In this document: positions 9,457-18,999 of the stretch, piece after piece
How the letters are laid out: every line of letters begins with the position of its first letter
How positions within the stretch are numbered: position 1 is the stretch's first letter
Assembly (NCBI GenBank): GCA_021162805.1
Contig: JAGGXZ010000185.1
Coordinates: forward strand, 3,064 to 67,063
DNA length: 64,000 nucleotides
From: Candidatus Poribacteria bacterium
GTDB taxonomy: Bacteria; Poribacteria; WGA-4E; B28-G17
Direction: 5' to 3'
The notes under the pieces: generated by a model
Told to the model about the DNA's origin: nothing
The model's input: the letters and a program-made list of their open reading frames with translations, nothing else
Database searches by the model: none
Position numbers and translations under genes: made by a program

Positions 9457-10518
9457 ATGAGGATACTTGAGAGATACATCCTAAGAGAATACCTCCGATA
9501 TTTCCTCATGAGCTTTGCCTTCTTCGTCGCCCTTGTGATCATCGTCCGACTGGGCGATAAGGAGATCGGCGAGTTGCTTTCAGGTGACAAGCCTGTGTGG
9601 GATGTGGTGAGAATGATCATCTATCGGGCCCCGGAGAGGGTGATGCAGGTTTTCCCCGCTGCCGGGCTGCTGGCGATATTCTTCACCTTCGGGAGGTTCA
9701 TCCAGACGAACGAACTTACGGCGATGAAGGCGACGGGTATGAGCTTTTATCGGATGATCCTGCCCCCACTTATAGCAACCCTAGGGATATGCATCTTGGC
9801 CGGATTCTTCAACGATCAGATCGCCTCACGCGCCAACAGAAGGGTCAGGGAGATAGAGGGGAGAAAAGCCTTCACGCGGGAGAGAAACGTCATCTTCAGG
9901 GCCAGCGAGGATAAGGTGTGTTATATTCAGAACCTCGATGTGGAACACCACGGTATGAAAAACATCTCGATCTACTCCTTCAACGGAGACCAGCTCATAA
10001 ACTCGATTTTCGCCCGAGCGGGAAAATGGGAGGGGGAGAGATGGACGCTTCTCGATGGATTGGAGAGAAGCTTCTCAAACGGCAGGGAGATCGAATCGAG
10101 AAAATTCGATCAGATGGATACGATCATCCGCGAAGACCCGTCGATCTTCGCCGCCTCGGGGATGAAGCCCAAGGAGCTGACGTATAGCGAGCTGGCGAGA
10201 TTAACCAGATATAAGCTGAGGGCCGGTCAGCCGGTGAGGATGGAGAGGGTTGAGCTGAATCACAAGATAGCCTATCCCTTTGCCACGTTTGTCGTCGTTT
10301 TGATCGGAGCGCCCCTGGCCATCTGGTTCGGCTCGGCGGGATTCGCGGCGGGGTTCCTGATAACGATGTTCGTCAACTTCATGTACTGGGGAATAGGTAT
10401 CGCTATGTTTGAGGCGATGGGACAGAACGGCGCCCTCCCACCTGCCCTCTCCTGTTGGGCTGCCAACCTCATATTTGCCGCTATAGGTTTGGCGTTATTG
10501 ATTAAGGTCAGGAAATGA
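9457..10518 (+). CDS. LptF/LptG-family permease (YjgP/YjgQ)
   Basis: MRILERYILREYLRYFLMSFAFFVALVII N-terminus and 6-TM architecture typical of LptF/G. Confidence 0.7.
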   Translation: MRILERYILREYLRYFLMSFAFFVALVIIVRLGDKEIGELLSGDKPVWDVVRMIIYRAPERVMQVFPAAGLLAIFFTFGRFIQTNELTAMKATGMSFYRMILPPLIATLGICILAGFFNDQIASRANRRVREIEGRKAFTRERNVIFRASEDKVCYIQNLDVEHHGMKNISIYSFNGDQLINSIFARAGKWEGERWTLLDGLERSFSNGREIESRKFDQMDTIIREDPSIFAASGMKPKELTYSELARLTRYKLRAGQPVRMERVELNHKIAYPFATFVVVLIGAPLAIWFGSAGFAAGFLITMFVNFMYWGIGIAMFEAMGQNGALPPALSCWAANLIFAAIGLALLIKVRK

Positions 10519-10533
10519 AACCGTTGTGGGGAG

Positions 10534-11289
10534 GTGAAGATGATAACCAAGGCGGTCCTGACCGTCTCTGAATCAAAGAGGCTCATCGCCAAAGGCGTCG
10601 CTGCTCTGCCTTCGGTAAAAAGGGCGATGCGTAAAGGGATAATCGCCATCGGAAGGGGAACGACAAACGGATACGTGGTCGAGGAGATCCTGGGAACGAA
10701 GATCGAAAAACATCGCATGATAGCTGGCACAACCACCCCGGCCAAGGGCGAAAAACCGGCAGTGCTCTCCGAGCCGAAGATATCGGGATACGTCATCAAG
10801 GACGGGAAACCCGTCGAAGAGCTCGATCCGGCGACGGCCGTTAAAGAGCTGATGGGTCCGGGAGATGTCTTTATCAAAGGCGCAAATGCCCTAGACTATA
10901 AAAACAAGGTCGCCGGGATATTGATCCTTCATCCCACAGGCGGAACCATCGGGAACGCCATCGGCCATATCATCGCTCGGAGGATCGAACTGGTCATCCC
11001 TGTAGGGCTCGAGAAGCTGGTTTACGAGGATATACACAGGCTCAGCAGGATGGCCTCCAACCCTCAGACCGTGGGAAAGGTTCCAGCCCTTTTCCCTGTG
11101 AGCGGCACGATCGTCACCGAGATAGAGGCGCTTGAGATCTTGTGCGGTGTAAAGGCGACCCTTTACGCCGCGGGCGGAATAGCAGGAGCTGAAGGAGGAG
11201 TTTGGTTGCTGCTGGAGGGGACGGAGGAGGAGCTCGATAACGCCATGAAGCTGATCGAATCCGCTCAGGGCGAACCGCCCTTTGTATGA
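10534..11289 (+). CDS. Hypothetical protein (251 aa)
   Basis: ORF with GTG/ATG start after RBS ggaggtga; no family assignable by eye. Confidence 0.4.
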   Translation: MKMITKAVLTVSESKRLIAKGVAALPSVKRAMRKGIIAIGRGTTNGYVVEEILGTKIEKHRMIAGTTTPAKGEKPAVLSEPKISGYVIKDGKPVEELDPATAVKELMGPGDVFIKGANALDYKNKVAGILILHPTGGTIGNAIGHIIARRIELVIPVGLEKLVYEDIHRLSRMASNPQTVGKVPALFPVSGTIVTEIEALEILCGVKATLYAAGGIAGAEGGVWLLLEGTEEELDNAMKLIESAQGEPPFV

Positions 11290-11320
11290 AAGGCTACCCG
11301 CCTGTCCCGTCGATAAGAGG

Positions 11321-11351
11321 CGTAGCGCAGGCGTAAAGCCTGCGGCTACGG
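11321..11351. repeat. REP-like palindrome CGTAGCGCAGGCGTAAAGCCTGCGGCTACGG between convergent genes
   Basis: 12-bp stem hairpin; 18-mer TAAAGCCTGCGGCTACGG recurs at 61460..61484. Confidence 0.3.
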
Positions 11352-11362
11352 AAACATAGATC

Positions 11363-12157
11363 TTACTCGCCTGTGAACGCCCTGTAGAGCGCCACATACA
11401 TGGCCAATACCTTCTCAGGATCGGGACCGGTGTAGGCGGATTCGTTGGAGATGTATCCGTCAAAACCTATATCCTTGAGCTTGCGGAACATCCGTCTGTA
11501 AAACTCAAACGTCGATGAGTCTTCAACTCGATGGGTGTGAACCATCTTTATGTGGGGCGCTATCCGATCGTGGAACTCATCCACCGTCTCCAGCGTTACA
11601 TTCGGCCAGACGCAGTTGAAAACCACCCCCACGTTCGGCCTGTTCGCTATCGAGATCGCCTCCAAGGCCGGGTCGGGATCGGTGAAGCTGCCATGCATCT
11701 CTATGGAGACGGTTATCCCGTAATTTTGGGCATACTCCCCCAGTTCACCCAGACACCTGCCGACGTTTTCGACCACCTCGTCCCGGTTTTCCGGCGTGAA
11801 CCTGTCGCCGAGGACCCTGACATGCCCGCAGTTGAAGAAGTAAGCCATATCGATGACCCTTTTAACCTTCTCAACGCTCGCCCGTCTCTCCTCCTGGGAC
11901 GGATGATGGAACACCTGACAGCTTGTCAGCGATGCGAACTCCAGCCCTGCTTCCTCCATTTTCCTCTTAACCTCATCCCACCTCTCACGGGGCGTATCCC
12001 ACTCCAGTCCGTGTTTCTGATTGAAGTCCATGAGGAACTCTATCCCGTGATAACCGGTCTTTTTGGTGATCTCTATCAGGTAATCCAGATCCCAGTCCTG
12101 ACCGGTCCTATAGGTGTTAAGCGACCATTTCATCCTGACACCTCGCTTTGACTTCAA
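11363..12157 (-). CDS. Sugar phosphate isomerase/epimerase (xylose-isomerase-like TIM barrel)
   Basis: Length and composition with conserved acidic/His residues of the AP-endonuclease-2/xylose-isomerase-like TIM family. Confidence 0.65.
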   Translation of the reverse strand: MKSKRGVRMKWSLNTYRTGQDWDLDYLIEITKKTGYHGIEFLMDFNQKHGLEWDTPRERWDEVKRKMEEAGLEFASLTSCQVFHHPSQEERRASVEKVKRVIDMAYFFNCGHVRVLGDRFTPENRDEVVENVGRCLGELGEYAQNYGITVSIEMHGSFTDPDPALEAISIANRPNVGVVFNCVWPNVTLETVDEFHDRIAPHIKMVHTHRVEDSSTFEFYRRMFRKLKDIGFDGYISNESAYTGPDPEKVLAMYVALYRAFTGE

Positions 12158-12158
12158 A

Positions 12159-12175
12159 GGGGACCGGTGGTCCCC
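12159..12175 (-). terminator. Hairpin GGGGACC-GGT-GGTCCCC downstream of ThuA-like gene
   Basis: 7-bp perfect stem, weak T-tract (TTTGAA) on minus strand. Confidence 0.25.
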
Positions 12176-12190
12176 ATTTATGTTATGATT

Positions 12191-12928
12191 TTATCCCTTG
12201 GGTTCAATCGGTTCAAGCGGTTTGACGTTTCCGAAGGTGATCTTTTCAATGCCTGAGGGGGCGGCCCAACGGACGGCGTTGGCGATGACCTTCAGCACAT
12301 CCGGATGATGGTATATCGGATAGGTCTCATGTTCGGGACGGAAATAGAAGATCTTGCCCTTGCCCCTGTAGAAACAGCAGCCGCTACGGAACACCTCGCC
12401 TCCCTCGAACCAGCTTATGAAGACGAGCTCATCCGGCTGGGGTATATCAAACCGCTCGCCGTACATCTCGGCATGCTCGATCTCGATGTATTCGCCCAAC
12501 CCCTCGGCTATCGGATGGCCCGGCTCAACCACCCAGAGCCTCTCCTTTTCGCCGATCTCACGCCATTTGAGGTTGCACGTCGTTCCCATCAGCCTCCGGA
12601 AGATCTTGGAGAAATGGGCCGAATGCAGGACGATCAGCCCCATTCCGTTCAGCACACTCCCATGGACCTTATCCACCACCTCGTCACGAACCTCATGATG
12701 GGCCATATGTCCCCACCAGATGAGCACGTCGGTGTTTGCAAGCACCTCATCGGTTAGCCCGTGCTCCGGTTCATCCAGGGTCGCCGTTCTGACCTCGAAA
12801 CCGGGCTGAGAGCGGAGATAGGAGGCGATCGCCTCGTGCATGCCGTTAGGGTATATCTTCGCTATCCTCTCGTTTCTCCTCTCATGACGGAATTCGTTCC
12901 ACACCGTCACGCGGATCGCTTTTGCCAT
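12191..12928 (-). CDS. ThuA-family (trehalose-utilisation-like, class-I glutamine-amidotransferase-like) protein
   Basis: [16 protein letters not shown] ... ThuA-like; start chosen at ATG preceded by GGAGGAG RBS. Confidence 0.6.
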   Translation of the reverse strand: MAKAIRVTVWNEFRHERRNERIAKIYPNGMHEAIASYLRSQPGFEVRTATLDEPEHGLTDEVLANTDVLIWWGHMAHHEVRDEVVDKVHGSVLNGMGLIVLHSAHFSKIFRRLMGTTCNLKWREIGEKERLWVVEPGHPIAEGLGEYIEIEHAEMYGERFDIPQPDELVFISWFEGGEVFRSGCCFYRGKGKIFYFRPEHETYPIYHHPDVLKVIANAVRWAAPSGIEKITFGNVKPLEPIEPKG

Positions 12929-13183
12929 ATCAACTCCTCCGATCAAGAGCTTGGCTTATTATAACTCACCATCACCTTGCTGTAAAGTAATCGCGAGTTG
13001 AAATAGGGGTTTTCAGCGTTTTTCGCCGGCGCTGTAGTAGCGGTCCCCCGTGCCTGCCGGATTCGGAGGCACGCCCAGGGGAACGTCCTTACCACGCCTG
13101 ATTATGCCAAATCATTGAAAAGCCCTAGAGTTGAAGCGGGATTTATGTATGATGGTATTAAACCTGTATAGTGTTTCGAAAGC

Positions 13184-13212
13184 TTGACATATGGGAGATA
13201 TAGTGGTATATT
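13184..13212 (+). promoter_or_regulatory. Strong sigma-70-type promoter TTGACA-17-TATATT
   Basis: Consensus -35, 17 bp spacer, near-consensus -10, about 25 bp upstream of SD gaggtg and ATG at 13235. Confidence 0.5.
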
Positions 13213-13234
13213 ATTTGCAAACGGATATGAGGTG

Positions 13235-13969
13235 ATGGTGTTGAAAAAGTCAGCCGTAACCTCAACTTTCATACTGGTCTCGCTCCTGATTCTATTTCCG
13301 GTGTTGGGTTTTGCTCGTAGCTCTCCCTCCTCCGACGAGAAGGCGGGTAATCCGTTCATCTATCGGGCGAGAATGGTGGATATCGCCCCCGTGGTGGACG
13401 GCGTGCTCGACGATCCCGCATGGAAAGAAGCCGAAGAGGGAGAACTCGACTGGAACGCTACCGAGAGCAAACCCTGGAGAGAAAACGGGGATTTCAGAGG
13501 GAAATTCAAGGTCGTGTGGAAAGGAGGCACGTTGTATATAGCGCTAACTTTTGAGGATGATAGGGTTGAGATCGCAAGCGTTGATCTTTCCAAAAGGGAT
13601 AGCGTCGAGATCTATATAGATATGGATCGTTATGCCCGGAAAAGCCACGTTAACCGGTATACCGTGCCGTTCGGTGAAAGCAAACCGTTCGATAATATAG
13701 ATAGATTATACTCGGTGTGGAGTAACGACGGGACGGCCTTTGAGGCGAGCTTCACGCTCGACCGACCACCAACCCTGGGTGCGGTTATCGGCTTTGATAT
13801 ATGCTATAACGATGTGGACGGGGACAACAGAAAGCAGATCCGATGGACGGATGATCGATTGAACTATTCTCAGAAGCCGATGTTGGGCGATTTGGTCTTC
13901 GAAGGAATGGGCAGTCGAATCAACAAAAAGATGTCCACTACCTGGGGAAGGATCAAGAGCCTTTATTAA
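13235..13969 (+). CDS. Secreted carbohydrate-binding (CBM9/DOMON-like) protein with C-terminal TTWGRIK motif
   Basis: Signal peptide MVLKKSAVTSTFILVSLLILFPVLGFA; DGVLDDPAWKEA motif typical of CBM9-like modules; C-terminus MSTTWGRIKSLY. Confidence 0.55.
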   Translation: MVLKKSAVTSTFILVSLLILFPVLGFARSSPSSDEKAGNPFIYRARMVDIAPVVDGVLDDPAWKEAEEGELDWNATESKPWRENGDFRGKFKVVWKGGTLYIALTFEDDRVEIASVDLSKRDSVEIYIDMDRYARKSHVNRYTVPFGESKPFDNIDRLYSVWSNDGTAFEASFTLDRPPTLGAVIGFDICYNDVDGDNRKQIRWTDDRLNYSQKPMLGDLVFEGMGSRINKKMSTTWGRIKSLY

Positions 13970-13977
13970 ACCGTAGA

Positions 13978-13999
13978 GGCGAGGCATCGCCTCGCCTTT
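13978..13999. terminator. Bidirectional rho-independent terminator GGCGAGGC-ATC-GCCTCGCC + TTT
   Basis: 8-bp perfect GC-rich stem, 3-nt loop, T-run; sits between convergent gene ends. Confidence 0.5.
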
Positions 14000-14822
14000 A
14001 TTCTCCTACCAGTTGTTCCAATACCTGAGCTACACCGTCATCGTCGTTTGACGGTGCTATCATAAAATCGCCTCTCTTTAACTCCCCGTGAGCGTTCCCC
14101 ATTACCACTCCTAATCCCGCGAATTCGAGCATCTCCAGATCGCTATAGTTATCGCCGAAGGCTATCACCTCCTCCCTCTTTATCCCGAACTTGCGGCAGA
14201 GAAACCTCAGGGGATAATCCTTGGCGACCTTACTCTCGGCGACCTCGACGAAAGCGAGTTGTCCCTCCTGTGGCACCTGCTTGAGCACCTTGGCCCTCCC
14301 CTCTAAACCCTCCCTCAGACGCTCGGTTACCTCATCCACTATGGATCTGTCCATCACCGACATCACCTCCAGAGCATCCCATCGGATCGCCTCCTCAAGC
14401 GATCGGACGATTCTGGCGTGCTCGCGGTTGTGCTCGATATATCCGACCAACCAATCAGCCTTCGGCTCCTCGACGAAGATCTCAGCGTAGTCCCCCGTCC
14501 CGCGATACACGATCGGTTCAACCCCGAACCGTTTGACGATCCTGACGGCATCCCTGGCCACGTCGGGTTTCAGGAATCGGCCTGTTATGAACTCCCCGTT
14601 TATCCTCTTGAGGAGCACCCCGTTATGCGCCGCTATCATGAGATCAACGCCGAGCTGCTCGACTATCGGTTTGGCCGAGCAGAACCTCCTGCCCGTGACG
14701 ATCACGATCATCGCCCCTTTCTCGGTTGCCTTCCGGATCGCCCTCTTCGTCCTCTCGCTGATCTGCGCCTTCGAATTCACCAGCGTCCCGTCCACATCGA
14801 TGGCTATAAGTTTATATTTCAC
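13998..14822 (-). CDS. Cof-type HAD-IIB family hydrolase (sugar phosphatase-like)
   Basis: MKYKLIAIDVDGTL motif I, Cof-like length and C-terminal GDNYSD motif. Confidence 0.75.
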   Translation of the reverse strand: MKYKLIAIDVDGTLVNSKAQISERTKRAIRKATEKGAMIVIVTGRRFCSAKPIVEQLGVDLMIAAHNGVLLKRINGEFITGRFLKPDVARDAVRIVKRFGVEPIVYRGTGDYAEIFVEEPKADWLVGYIEHNREHARIVRSLEEAIRWDALEVMSVMDRSIVDEVTERLREGLEGRAKVLKQVPQEGQLAFVEVAESKVAKDYPLRFLCRKFGIKREEVIAFGDNYSDLEMLEFAGLGVVMGNAHGELKRGDFMIAPSNDDDGVAQVLEQLVGE

Positions 14823-16360
14823 CCGTGCAACCTCGCTACTATCTCGCTTACCCTGTCGAACTGCTCCTTAAGGGCGGGATAGAGCGCCCTATAGACCTGA
14901 TAGTATCGGTCGTATATGCCGACATTCTCAGGTATAGGCTGAGTGCGTGAGGTGACCCTTATGAGCTTGTCCGTCGCCTCCTCTATCGAGGAGTAAACCC
15001 CAGCTCCCACACCGGCTAAGATAGCCGCTCCGAAGGCAGGTCCTTCGGCTATGTTGATGGTGACCAGCTCCGTATTGTAGACATCGGCCTGGATCTGTCT
15101 CCATAGCTCGCTCCTCGCCCCGCCGCCCGTGGCGTAAACCTGCTCTATGGGCAAGCCGATCTCGCGGAATATCTCGAAGGAGTCCCGCATGCCGTATGTC
15201 ACCCCTTCGAGCACAGCGCGGATCATATGAGGCTTTCCGTGGCGCAGGGTGATGCCGAAGAAAACCCCTTTGGCGTTGGCGTCGCCGTGAGGTGTCCGCT
15301 CGCCCGTCAGATATGGCAGGAAGATGAGCCCTTCGCTTCCCACAGGCGCCTCGGCGGCCTTACGGGTCAAAATCTCGTAGGGATCAACCCCCTCACTCTG
15401 AGCTTCCTCTTTCTCCGAATCCCCAAGCGCATCGCGGAACCACCTGAACGCTCCGCCGGCCGATAGCATCACGCCCATGATATACCACTTGTTCGGAACG
15501 GAATGACAGAAGGTGTGGGTCCTCAGCTTGGGATCATATCTCACCTCGTCCATATGTGCCAGGACAACCCCTGATGTTCCGAGGCTGGCCGAGACCCTCC
15601 CCGATTTGACGATTCCGTTTCCCACGGCGCTACAGGTGTTGTCAGCTCCGCCGCCTACCACCGGCGTTCCCGCCTTCAACCCTGTCATCTCCGCCACCTC
15701 GGAGCTGATCCTGCCGCAGATATCTATCGATTCATAACAGGGCGGCATCATCTCAAACGGTATATCCAACCTTTCGAGTATCTCCCTCGACCAGCGGCGA
15801 TTTGGGACGTCGAAGAGTAAAGTGCCGGCCGCGTCCGAGACCTCGGTCGCTATCTCACCCGTCAGCCTGAACCTGACGTAATCCTTGGGCAACATCATCT
15901 TGTAAGCTTTTTCGAAGATCTGAGGCTCATTCTGACGAACCCATATGACCTTGGGAGCGGTGAACCCCTCGAGCGGCTGGTTACAGGTGATCCTGACCAG
16001 ATCCTCCATACCCACCTTTTCCCTGATATACCCACACTGCTCCGTCGTCCGGACATCGCACCAGAGTATCGCCGGCCGCAGGACGTTATGATCTTTATCC
16101 ACCAGAACTAACCCGTGCATCTGACCTGATAGGCCCAGTCCCTTGACATCTTCGGGATCGACCCCGGATCGATCCATCACCTCACGTATCGATTCGACCG
16201 TCGCCTTCCACCAATCTTCGGGGTCCTGTTCGGCCCATTTCGGGTAAGGGGTATGAAGCGGATACTCCTTGAAGGAGGAAGCCTTCAGATCGCCGTTCTC
16301 ATCGATGAGTATCGTCTTGGCGCCCGTCGTCCCCACGTCTATACCTATGAGATACCCCAT
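14819..16360 (-). CDS. FGGY-family carbohydrate kinase, most like xylulokinase
   Basis: MGYLIGIDVGTTGAKTIL N-terminus, 513 aa, FGGY signatures. Confidence 0.7.
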   Translation of the reverse strand: MGYLIGIDVGTTGAKTILIDENGDLKASSFKEYPLHTPYPKWAEQDPEDWWKATVESIREVMDRSGVDPEDVKGLGLSGQMHGLVLVDKDHNVLRPAILWCDVRTTEQCGYIREKVGMEDLVRITCNQPLEGFTAPKVIWVRQNEPQIFEKAYKMMLPKDYVRFRLTGEIATEVSDAAGTLLFDVPNRRWSREILERLDIPFEMMPPCYESIDICGRISSEVAEMTGLKAGTPVVGGGADNTCSAVGNGIVKSGRVSASLGTSGVVLAHMDEVRYDPKLRTHTFCHSVPNKWYIMGVMLSAGGAFRWFRDALGDSEKEEAQSEGVDPYEILTRKAAEAPVGSEGLIFLPYLTGERTPHGDANAKGVFFGITLRHGKPHMIRAVLEGVTYGMRDSFEIFREIGLPIEQVYATGGGARSELWRQIQADVYNTELVTINIAEGPAFGAAILAGVGAGVYSSIEEATDKLIRVTSRTQPIPENVGIYDRYYQVYRALYPALKEQFDRVSEIVARLHG

Positions 16361-16429
16361 ATCTCCCTCCTATGCCGTTTCTCAGCGGTATCGAATTATA
16401 ACGTCAGCGTGTTTTAAGTGTCAATTCCT

Positions 16430-17590
16430 TCATCTATATCTCTCTATGGTCTCGAGCATCGCCTCTATGTTTTGTGGAGGCGTTCCCGGCATGATATAAT
16501 TCGAGACTCCGACTATCACCCTCCCATATCTTTGGGCGACATCAATGCAGGATAGAACCTCCTCGATGACCTGTTCTTTCGTTCCCCTATGCAGGGTGTG
16601 AGAGCTGATGTTGCCGATTAACGTGAGATCGGGGAACTCCTCCCTGAGCTTTTTCAGATCCATCCCCGCCCTACGATCTATCTCGTAATATCCGTCCACC
16701 CCCGACTCTCCGAACAGATCGTGGGCGACAGGCCATAGGTTCCCATCGCTCGCGAAAAGGTAGTACATTCCGAGCCTATGACACTCCTCAGTTATCCTCC
16801 TGAGGGCGGGCAGCATGATGTCATGAAAGACCTTCGGGGAGTAGAGGGGACCTTCGTTTGAAGCGAAATCCCCCCCGCCGAAGATCAATTTGACTCCCGA
16901 TGCGGCCAGCCGCGGCAACTGTCTCACCGCCCTTTCCGCCTGGACCTCGACGTACCGTTTGACCAGATCCGGCCTCAGAGCCACCGCCTCAAGCCAGATC
17001 TGATCATGCGGGATGCTTGCGCCTACGCCCCAGTTCCTGATGGCGTAATCTCCGTATCTGGCAAGCGTGGCCTGGATGGCGGGATCGGGACCTTCGGGCG
17101 GATGATATTCCTCTAACTCCCTCTCCTTCGAGGAGACGAACGCCTCCAGATCTCCCTCCGACATTCCCCTGACGGGGGATTCAACGATAGATTCCTTATA
17201 TCCCTCGATCCTGTGGAAGAGCTCGGTCTTCGGATCGAACTCCAATACATACCAGCTCCCCTCGAGATCTCCGAAGAGAAAGGTGTGCTCGTCGATCCTC
17301 CTGGTTGGCTTGATCCTCCATCTCCAGTATTGAAGCCGTATCATGTCGTGACCACACGCCAGTGCCACCTCCACGGCGTCCCTTTCGGATCTCTCCAGAA
17401 ACTCCCTATGGGCCTCGGGACCCTCCCACAGGGCCTTCATCTCGCGCCATTGCTGTATCTGTCCCCCCACGTAGGCCTCCCTGCCGAGGATCACCGAGGC
17501 AGCATATCCGGAAAATCCGATGTGATGGACGGGGACCCTGTCGGTGGATCTACCCTCAAAGGTGGCCAGTATCCTCTCCCTTGGCTTCAT
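16430..17590 (-). CDS. Uroporphyrinogen-decarboxylase (URO-D)-family protein
   Basis: TIM-barrel URO-D/MtaA-like composition; start set at ATG overlapping upstream sulfatase stop (ATGA). Confidence 0.45.
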   Translation of the reverse strand: MKPRERILATFEGRSTDRVPVHHIGFSGYAASVILGREAYVGGQIQQWREMKALWEGPEAHREFLERSERDAVEVALACGHDMIRLQYWRWRIKPTRRIDEHTFLFGDLEGSWYVLEFDPKTELFHRIEGYKESIVESPVRGMSEGDLEAFVSSKERELEEYHPPEGPDPAIQATLARYGDYAIRNWGVGASIPHDQIWLEAVALRPDLVKRYVEVQAERAVRQLPRLAASGVKLIFGGGDFASNEGPLYSPKVFHDIMLPALRRITEECHRLGMYYLFASDGNLWPVAHDLFGESGVDGYYEIDRRAGMDLKKLREEFPDLTLIGNISSHTLHRGTKEQVIEEVLSCIDVAQRYGRVIVGVSNYIMPGTPPQNIEAMLETIERYR

Positions 17591-18999
17591 CGCATCTCTC
17601 CCACCGAGGCGTCGAACACCTTCCAGAAGCTCTGTCCCTGTTCCCGCGTATCCCCGTAATCCTCCAGCCATCCCCTTCTCAGTTCCCTTCGGAGGCGTAC
17701 GAGGGTCTCAGCGTATCGGGGATCATCAGCCAAGTTCGTTGTCTCGCGCGGGTCGTTCGCGAGATCGAAGAGCTGAGTTTTGACGTGCACGCCACCAACG
17801 ACATATTCGATCAGCTTATACCGCCGATCTCGGACGCCGCGGTGTAGCCCCTCATAGGCGAAGTGCAGGTATTGGCGGATCGGCTCGGAGGGATTTTTAA
17901 GGGCCGGTACGAGGCTTTTACCCTCGACGGTGTCGGGTATCTCGATCCCCAGAAGATCGCATAGGGTCGGGAAGATATCCAGCAGATAGGCGAAAGCCTC
18001 CCGTCTCTCATTCTGGGGTATGCCCGGCCCGGTGAAGATCAAGGGGACGTGAACGCTGTGGTCGTAGACGCTTTGTTTGCCCATCAGCCCGTGTTGTCCG
18101 ACGGCCAATCCGTTATCGCCGGAGAAGAGGATTATGGTGTTCTCCAGCAGACCTAATTCTTCAAGTTTATCGATCACGCGTCCGATGGCGTCATCCAGGT
18201 GGCTGATCATGGCGTAGTATTCGGCGATATGACGGCGGATCTCCCTCTCGGTTCTTGGGAATCCGGCGAGCAGCTCATCACGCCCCCTCAGCCAGCCGTT
18301 ATCGAAAGGATGTTCGGGCATGAAGTTTTCGGGAAGCTTTATCGCTTCGGGATCATACATCCTCAAAAATCTTTCGGGCATGCTGCGCGGGTCATGTGGT
18401 GCCATGAACGAGAGGTAAGCGAAGAAGGGCCTATCGCCCTCATACCTCTCCAGAAAGTCGATGGTCGCATCGGCAAACAGATCGGAGGAGTGTTTGCCCG
18501 CTTTGATGTGATCGCAGAGCCACCACGTGACCTTGTTGCTCCTTGCGGGGTTTTCGATCTTCGGCTTAGGCTTATATTCGCCCGTCGGGTCGTAATCACA
18601 GGCGGGCACGTTCCAGTGATCGGACATCCCGCCGAAGAAGATCTCAGCACCGGCGTTGAAGCTCCGGGCATATGATCGCGTGCCGTTATGCCATTTGCCG
18701 GTGCCGAACGAGATATAACCTTCTCTCTGCAGGAGCTCGCCCAGAAGGATATGCTCTTCGGGGATGTTCTGTCCCTGCCGTTCGATGTGATAAAGCGTGC
18801 GGCCTGTGTGCAACATGGCGCGGCTGGGCATGCATACCGCACCGCAGGAGCCGCCCATGATATAGGCGTTGGTGAAGACCGTGCCCCGTTCAACCAGCCG
18901 ATCGAGGTTGGGTGTGAGGATCTCAGGGTTGTTGAGGGCATGGATCGTATCGAAGCGCTGATCATCGGCGAAGAAGAAAACGATATTAGGCCTGTCCAT
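17587..18999 (-). CDS. Arylsulfatase-family protein with canonical C-M-P-S-R formylglycine motif
   Basis: IVFFFADDQRFD, GGSCGAVCMPSRAMLHTGR; RBS GGGAGG before chosen ATG. Confidence 0.8.
   Translation of the reverse strand: MDRPNIVFFFADDQRFDTIHALNNPEILTPNLDRLVERGTVFTNAYIMGGSCGAVCMPSRAMLHTGRTLYHIERQGQNIPEEHILLGELLQREGYISFGTGKWHNGTRSYARSFNAGAEIFFGGMSDHWNVPACDYDPTGEYKPKPKIENPARSNKVTWWLCDHIKAGKHSSDLFADATIDFLERYEGDRPFFAYLSFMAPHDPRSMPERFLRMYDPEAIKLPENFMPEHPFDNGWLRGRDELLAGFPRTEREIRRHIAEYYAMISHLDDAIGRVIDKLEELGLLENTIILFSGDNGLAVGQHGLMGKQSVYDHSVHVPLIFTGPGIPQNERREAFAYLLDIFPTLCDLLGIEIPDTVEGKSLVPALKNPSEPIRQYLHFAYEGLHRGVRDRRYKLIEYVVGGVHVKTQLFDLANDPRETTNLADDPRYAETLVRLRRELRRGWLEDYGDTREQGQSFWKVFDASVGEMR

Noticed and set aside
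10272-10877. 201-aa minus-strand ORF spanning the LptF/G 3' end and next gene start
   Set aside because: It is antisense to two well-supported plus-strand genes and has Ser/Ala/Pro-rich composition.
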